From Verrucomicrobiales bacterium (GTDB lineage: Bacteria; Verrucomicrobiota; Verrucomicrobiia; Verrucomicrobiales; V1-33), in assembly GCA_031411295.1 (NCBI GenBank), contig JANOAV010000062.1:1-42708 (forward strand): a DNA stretch of 42,708 bases, in the 5' to 3' direction. Shown piece after piece: positions 37,537 through 42,708 of the stretch. Position 1 is the stretch's first letter; each line of letters opens with the position of its first letter. The notes under the pieces were generated by a model. The model was not told where the DNA came from. It saw nothing but the letters and a program-made list of their open reading frames with translations, and made no database searches. The translations under genes and the position numbers were made by a program.

Positions 37537-40536
37537 TTAGGACCGGGTAATGAATTCGTGTAAATTGAGAACGACGCGGCAGAGGCTGCTCCAAGCGGCC
37601 AACTCAACGGCATCGACGTGGGCCGGAGCGGGCGCGCCGATTTTACCAAACGCCTGGGCTGCGGGGAGGTCGGCCCGGAATTCTGCGCGATGTTTCTCCA
37701 ACAGCGCTAAGAGTGCGGTTTGCTCCGAGGCGCTGGGTGGGCGCTGTAATGCTTCGCTCCAGAGCCAACTAAGTCGGGTGGCGTCATCGCCCCGGGCTTT
37801 CAGCGTGCGTAGGGCCAAGGCACGTGCGGCTTCAACGAAGCTGGGATCGTTGAGCAAGGCCAGCGCTTGTTGGGGGATGTTGGAACGGGTGCGTTCGGCG
37901 GTGCATTCCTCCCGCGTCGTGGCGTCGAATGCCAGCATGGATGGGTGGAGGAACATGCGTTGCCACCAAGTGTAAAGTCCGCGGCGGTATTGAGCTTCGC
38001 CTGTCGAGGATTGCCATTCCCGGGCGGGGAAATTGAGATTCTCCCAGTATCCCGCTGGTTGATAGGGTTTCACGCTCGGTCCGCCGATTTTGTGCACCAG
38101 TAAGTGGGAGGTTTGCAGGGCGAAGTCGCGCACGAACTCCGCATCCAGACGATAGCGACTCTGACGAGTGAGTTCGCGATTTTCCGGGTCTCGCGTCAGC
38201 ATTTCTGGGGTGGCGACGGACGTTTGCCGATAGGTTTTACTGGTGACCATGAGTCGCACCATGTCTTTAATGTTCCATTTCCGATCCATCATTTCTGCGG
38301 CCAGGAAATCCAGCAGCGGGGCATTGGGCGGCATTTCCCCTTGCAGGCCAAAATCTTCCAGGGGCTTACTGAGGCCAATGCCGTAGAACAGCTTCCAGAG
38401 CCGATTCACGAGCACGCGAGCGGTGAGCGGGTTGTCTCGGGAAATGAGCCACTGGGCCAAGTCCAAGCGATTCGGTTCCCGTCCTTCGATGGTGGGTTTA
38501 GGCAGATAACTGGGCAGGGCCGCGGTCACCACGGGGCCGGACTCATTGAGGAAATCTCCGCGTGGCAACACGCGGACGGTGCGTTTGTTAGGGGTGCTGC
38601 GGGTGACGATGCAGCGGTTGGACGATTTGTCCTCGATCTCCTTCAATTGCACTAAGTTATCGAGCATCTGCTGACGGAGATTTGCTAATTCCGGGGCGAT
38701 GGAACGATAGTCCACCTGGGCTGGCGGGGCCTTGCCCTTCGCTTTCTTCTTATCGCCTGCCACCACGCTCTCGGGTTTGATGCCGGTGGTAGCGGAGAGG
38801 CGGAATTGGCCCAGGGTATGGTGCCCAGCCCCATGGTTCTGGTGCAACTCAATGACCAGACGAGTTCCGGCAATCTCCGGCACGGGCTTGTCAAAGGAAA
38901 CCCAGAGTTGCTGCGGTTGCTGCACTTGCGGCAGGATGGCCCAACCAAAGTTGGCTCCGCGCTTATCGCCATCGATGGCACTGGCGGCCGACCATTTTTT
39001 GTCTGGATGGGTTTCGTTATGGGAGGTCTGTTCAATGCTGGCAGCCGCATTGGCGAATGCCAACTCCTGGGCCACACTGCCGTCCTCCCGCACCAAGCGC
39101 GCTTTAATTTCAGTGACGACAAAGTTTCCGTTATCGGCCCGGCCGGATCCTTTCGCAGGAAGGCTAGGGTGCGGGATCGCTTCCAATTGCAGCCCGACGG
39201 TGGCAGGAGGAAAGGTAGCTGTGTTCAAGGTGTAAACGTTACGATCCGGATTAGCCCCGGTGGCCAAGTAGATACCTTTCCCCTGATCTTCCAAGTTTAC
39301 TCCTTCGGTAGCGGTGCGTTGATCGAACTCCAGATGGGTCCAATCCACATTCATGCTATCATAGGTGGTTTGCAGCTTGTCCTTTGTTTCCACCAACGCT
39401 TCATAGGCTGCGAGTTTCTCGGTAGCCACGATGGGGATGCCGGCCTCGGGGGAAGCGATGATGCCTTCCTCAATGTCGGCAAAAAAAGCCCCCATGGCAT
39501 AGAAATCTTTCGTCAGCATGGGATCGAATTTATGATCGTGACATTGGGAGCAGAGCCACGTCTGCGCCAGCCAGACGGCCCCCACGGCCCGCACGCGATC
39601 CTGCATGTAGCGGGCCTCGTAGTCCTTGGCCTGCGCCCCGCCTTCGTCGGTGGTAAGCAGCAGTTTGTTGAAACAGGAACCGACTTTCTGCTCCTGGGTG
39701 GCATTTGGCAGCAAATCACCAGCCAAATGTTCGACCGTCATTTGATCGAATGGCTTGTTATCATTAAACGCAGCGATGATATAATCCCGGAATGGGGAAA
39801 CGTTCCGTTCCTTGTCGGAATGATACCCAGCGCTGTCGGCGTAGCGCACCAGATCCAGCCACCACACGGCCATGCGTTCACCGTAGGCAGGCGCGGCCAG
39901 CAGACGATCCACGGCTTTCTCATAGGCGTCGGGACTCGGGTCATTGATGAATGCCTCCACTTCAGCAACGGGCGCTGGCAGGCCGTGAAGGTCCGCGTAG
40001 AGCCGTCGTAACAGAGACCTGCGATCAGCCTCGGGCGATGCGGTTAGGCCTAACTCACGTTGCCTGGCGGTCACGAGCACGTCGATGGGATTCCCGCCAG
40101 CGGGATCCACCACCGGCTTGACCACCGGCAGATACGCCCAGTGGGCTTGGTATTCTGCGCCCTCGGCAATCCATTGTTTAAACATCGCCTTCTGGGCGGT
40201 CGTGAGACTCTTGTGGGTTTTCTCGGGCGGCATCAGTTCGTCCGCCTCCGTGGCATTGATGCGTTTGATTAATTCGCTGGCATCTGGCTGGCCGGGCACA
40301 ATGGCGGTAGCCCCGGACTTGGCGGGCTTCAGGGCATCCTCCCGCACGTCCAGACGCAGTTCGGACTTCCGCTTATTCGCGTCTGGGCCATGGCAGGCGA
40401 AACATTGATCCGAGAGTAATGGTCGGATGTCTCGGTTAAACGAAATTTTCTCACCCGCCTGCACCGTGGTGGGCAGGAGGAGCGTGAAGAGCGCGCAAAG
40501 CGGAGTTGGAAGTAGGGAGAATCTGGCAGCAAACAT
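37537..40536 (-). CDS. PSD1 (DUF1553) / DUF1549 / planctomycete cytochrome c domain protein
   Basis: FNRDIRPLLSDQCFACHGPD; WLDLVRYADS; CSQCHDHKFDP; NPLTARVLVNRLW; PQQALALLN. Confidence 0.93.
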   Translation of the reverse strand: MFAARFSLLPTPLCALFTLLLPTTVQAGEKISFNRDIRPLLSDQCFACHGPDANKRKSELRLDVREDALKPAKSGATAIVPGQPDASELIKRINATEADELMPPEKTHKSLTTAQKAMFKQWIAEGAEYQAHWAYLPVVKPVVDPAGGNPIDVLVTARQRELGLTASPEADRRSLLRRLYADLHGLPAPVAEVEAFINDPSPDAYEKAVDRLLAAPAYGERMAVWWLDLVRYADSAGYHSDKERNVSPFRDYIIAAFNDNKPFDQMTVEHLAGDLLPNATQEQKVGSCFNKLLLTTDEGGAQAKDYEARYMQDRVRAVGAVWLAQTWLCSQCHDHKFDPMLTKDFYAMGAFFADIEEGIIASPEAGIPIVATEKLAAYEALVETKDKLQTTYDSMNVDWTHLEFDQRTATEGVNLEDQGKGIYLATGANPDRNVYTLNTATFPPATVGLQLEAIPHPSLPAKGSGRADNGNFVVTEIKARLVREDGSVAQELAFANAAASIEQTSHNETHPDKKWSAASAIDGDKRGANFGWAILPQVQQPQQLWVSFDKPVPEIAGTRLVIELHQNHGAGHHTLGQFRLSATTGIKPESVVAGDKKKAKGKAPPAQVDYRSIAPELANLRQQMLDNLVQLKEIEDKSSNRCIVTRSTPNKRTVRVLPRGDFLNESGPVVTAALPSYLPKPTIEGREPNRLDLAQWLISRDNPLTARVLVNRLWKLFYGIGLSKPLEDFGLQGEMPPNAPLLDFLAAEMMDRKWNIKDMVRLMVTSKTYRQTSVATPEMLTRDPENRELTRQSRYRLDAEFVRDFALQTSHLLVHKIGGPSVKPYQPAGYWENLNFPAREWQSSTGEAQYRRGLYTWWQRMFLHPSMLAFDATTREECTAERTRSNIPQQALALLNDPSFVEAARALALRTLKARGDDATRLSWLWSEALQRPPSASEQTALLALLEKHRAEFRADLPAAQAFGKIGAPAPAHVDAVELAAWSSLCRVVLNLHEFITRS

Positions 40537-40715
40537 TCCCTCCGTTTACCATTAATTCAGCCATTGGGCAATCCCGCAAGCACCCCTGAATGCGCCACGG
40601 ACTCGGTCAAGAGGCAGCAGCAAATGTAGTCTGGGGCCTTAGGCGCTTGCAGGGCTTGGAGGGCTTGGACTGCGGCGCTTGCAGGCCTAACTCCAACGTT
40701 AGGAGGACACCGAAA

Positions 40716-41642
40716 CTAAGGGGTGGGCGCGTTACGGAGAACAGTGGCGATCAATTGTTCTGCGTCCGGACCTTGCTGTCCGCGGGCTTCCCGGAGGTTC
40801 AGTCGGTGGCTAAGGACCGCCGGAACCACGGCTTTGACATGATCTGGGTAAACGGCATTGGCTCCCGCCAGGAAAGCCGTGGCTTGGGCCGCCCGGAGCA
40901 CGGCAATGGAAGCTCGCGCCGAGAGGCTGCCGCGGCTCCCCTCCTGCTTGCGGAGGCTTTCGCAGATGAAGGCGATGTAGTGGCAGATACGATCATTGGC
41001 CGGGATGGCTTTGACCTGCTGCTGCATCAGGGCAATTTCTGCGGCCGTTAGGATGGGGCCGGTCTCTACCGCGGTGGTCCCCATCCGGGCGTGAAGTTGC
41101 AGGATGTGGGTCTGCGTTTCCAAGTCCGGCAACGTCATGTTGATGGACATGAGGAACCGGTCCAACTGGGGTTCGGGGAGCGGAAAAGTGCCGGAGGAAT
41201 AAGCGTTGTTTTGCGTGGCGATCACGAGGAAAGGAGCGGCTAGCGCCCGCGTCACTCCATCCACCGTGACCTGATGCTCGTTCATGCACTCCAGCAGTGC
41301 GCTTTGAATCCGGGGGGAGGTGCGGTTGATTTCATCTGCCAGGACGATGTTTCTAAAGACCGGGCCTTCGATAAACTCGAATTTGGCGGTCGCCTGATTA
41401 TAGATGGAGTAGCCCACAATATCGCTTGGCAGCAGATCCGGAGTGAATTGAATCCGACTGAAGGTGCCGTCAATGCTCTCCGCCAGCGTTTGCGCAAGGG
41501 AGGTTTTGCCAATGCCCGGTGCGCCTTGGATGAGCACATGTCCATTCGCGAGTAATGCGGTGAGCAAGGTCTGGGCAGGCCCTTCGGCCCCCAGAACTGT
41601 TTGAGTTAGGCGGCGGTAGAGGGCTTCGATTCGGTCTTTCAC
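40716..41642 (-). CDS. MoxR-family AAA+ ATPase
   Basis: GAPGIGKT, RIQFTPDLLPSDI, LADEINR, QSALLE, ATQN, GTFPLPEPQLDRF. Confidence 0.93.
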   Translation of the reverse strand: MKDRIEALYRRLTQTVLGAEGPAQTLLTALLANGHVLIQGAPGIGKTSLAQTLAESIDGTFSRIQFTPDLLPSDIVGYSIYNQATAKFEFIEGPVFRNIVLADEINRTSPRIQSALLECMNEHQVTVDGVTRALAAPFLVIATQNNAYSSGTFPLPEPQLDRFLMSINMTLPDLETQTHILQLHARMGTTAVETGPILTAAEIALMQQQVKAIPANDRICHYIAFICESLRKQEGSRGSLSARASIAVLRAAQATAFLAGANAVYPDHVKAVVPAVLSHRLNLREARGQQGPDAEQLIATVLRNAPTP

Positions 41643-41761
41643 GCGGAGATGGGAGGGCTAAGGGGACAAGGGCAGCAGGATGCGGCATGAGACTAGTCTA
41701 GCCTGAGGAAGTTCAAAAGCCATTTCTTTCGCGCCAGCGGAACTTTCTTTCCCACGGGCGG

Positions 41762-42394
41762 TTAAGCTAGGGTGGACCGCTGAAAATTGCGGGCCCGGAC
41801 GCCTTTGATCTTCACGCCACTGAGGCGCAAGTCGCTCCCGAAGGTCCCGAGCCCAGCCTGACCTTGATTCAACCTCGTATCCACGGCTTCGAGCACTGGG
41901 GTGGTAAAATCGTCAAAGTAAATGCGGATGAGGCCATCACGCACGGTGCGTTCCACGCGCAGTCGGTGTTCAGTGCGTGGTTGCCAGGTAGTATTAACCG
42001 CAAATTTCACGGCCACCGGCTGGGGAACCCCACCGATGACACAGTGGATCCGATTCACGTGACCATCCGACATGTTTCCCAAGTGAACGAAATAATAGTT
42101 CTCCGGGTCTTGGTAGCCGAAGAGGACGCGCACCTCTTGCCCCCGTTTGTAGCATCCTATCTCCAACGTTGCCTCGATCGTGCAGTCGGTCATGGTCACA
42201 GATTCCAGCAGGGAGACATCAAGGGGACTACAGAAGAGTTCTGGGGTCCCGGGGTATGGCACCACTTTAAGCCGAGGGGCATCTTTCCGACGGGCCGATC
42301 TTTGCCGCTGGTGCAGCTCAAAATTGAGAACGGCCTCAGGCGGCTTTGCTGGAGGATTTTCTGGATGTTGAGTAATCGGTGTAGATTTCTTCAT
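41762..42394 (-). CDS. Hypothetical ConA/jelly-roll-like protein
   Basis: Beta-rich pattern LFGYQDPENYYFVHL...HRLRVER..DGLIRIYFDD...GQAGLGTF. Confidence 0.65.
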   Translation of the reverse strand: MKKSTPITQHPENPPAKPPEAVLNFELHQRQRSARRKDAPRLKVVPYPGTPELFCSPLDVSLLESVTMTDCTIEATLEIGCYKRGQEVRVLFGYQDPENYYFVHLGNMSDGHVNRIHCVIGGVPQPVAVKFAVNTTWQPRTEHRLRVERTVRDGLIRIYFDDFTTPVLEAVDTRLNQGQAGLGTFGSDLRLSGVKIKGVRARNFQRSTLA

Positions 42395-42708
42395 TTTAGT
42401 TAAGTTATCTTAACTAATAATGAGTCGAATTCAAATGGATTATTCGCAAAAATGACCAGTAGCAGAAAGATCAGAACTGCAATAATTCAAACGAACGGGA
42501 AAAGGCCGATTTGACGGAAGCCAGAGAGCCGTGGATTGCTGTGGCAATTTCAGCTAGTCGGAGCCCCCTAGTGCTTAGTTGCACAAGTTAACAATTGTAT
42601 TTCTAAGCTGGGCGCCTTTGACCTCTCTCTTGCGCCACACAAATGGTCGCGGGTGATTATTGGTGGCTTGGATAAAGGCTTCGATGGCGTTTCGCAGATC
42701 CGTTTTTG

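Overview
GC-rich bacterial chromosomal segment, most likely Verrucomicrobia (inferred from the DUF1501 + PSD1/planctomycete cytochrome c pair, the Ser/Thr kinase + ECF sigma pair and the GntR/LacI hybrid regulator). Core genes are rsmI, moaE, pgi, mobA, an arsS-like radical SAM gene, sdhB, tRNA-Ile2(CAU), a MetE-like gene, ahcY and a MoxR ATPase. The first ~11 kb is rearranged accessory DNA. It holds a truncated FG-GAP/VCBS adhesin, a valS 5' fragment fused to a 56-bp piece of an adhesin module, and a stand-alone trypsin-like protease. It also holds a helical + FN3-like gene preceded by a REP doublet and a strictly 21-bp-periodic G5-N2-C5 array, with a decayed 3' paralog 4.5 kb away. Elsewhere there are four toxin-antitoxin-like pairs (two with a broken putative toxin); two of them lie between ~420-bp diverged direct repeats of the ahcY 3' end. 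There is also a group II intron 3' remnant directly after an intrinsic terminator, a SahR-like operator, and many unrelated REP/REPIN/MITE-like palindromes. No integrase, transposase, full-length reverse transcriptase or cas gene was seen. All family calls come from motif recognition by eye; no database searches were run.
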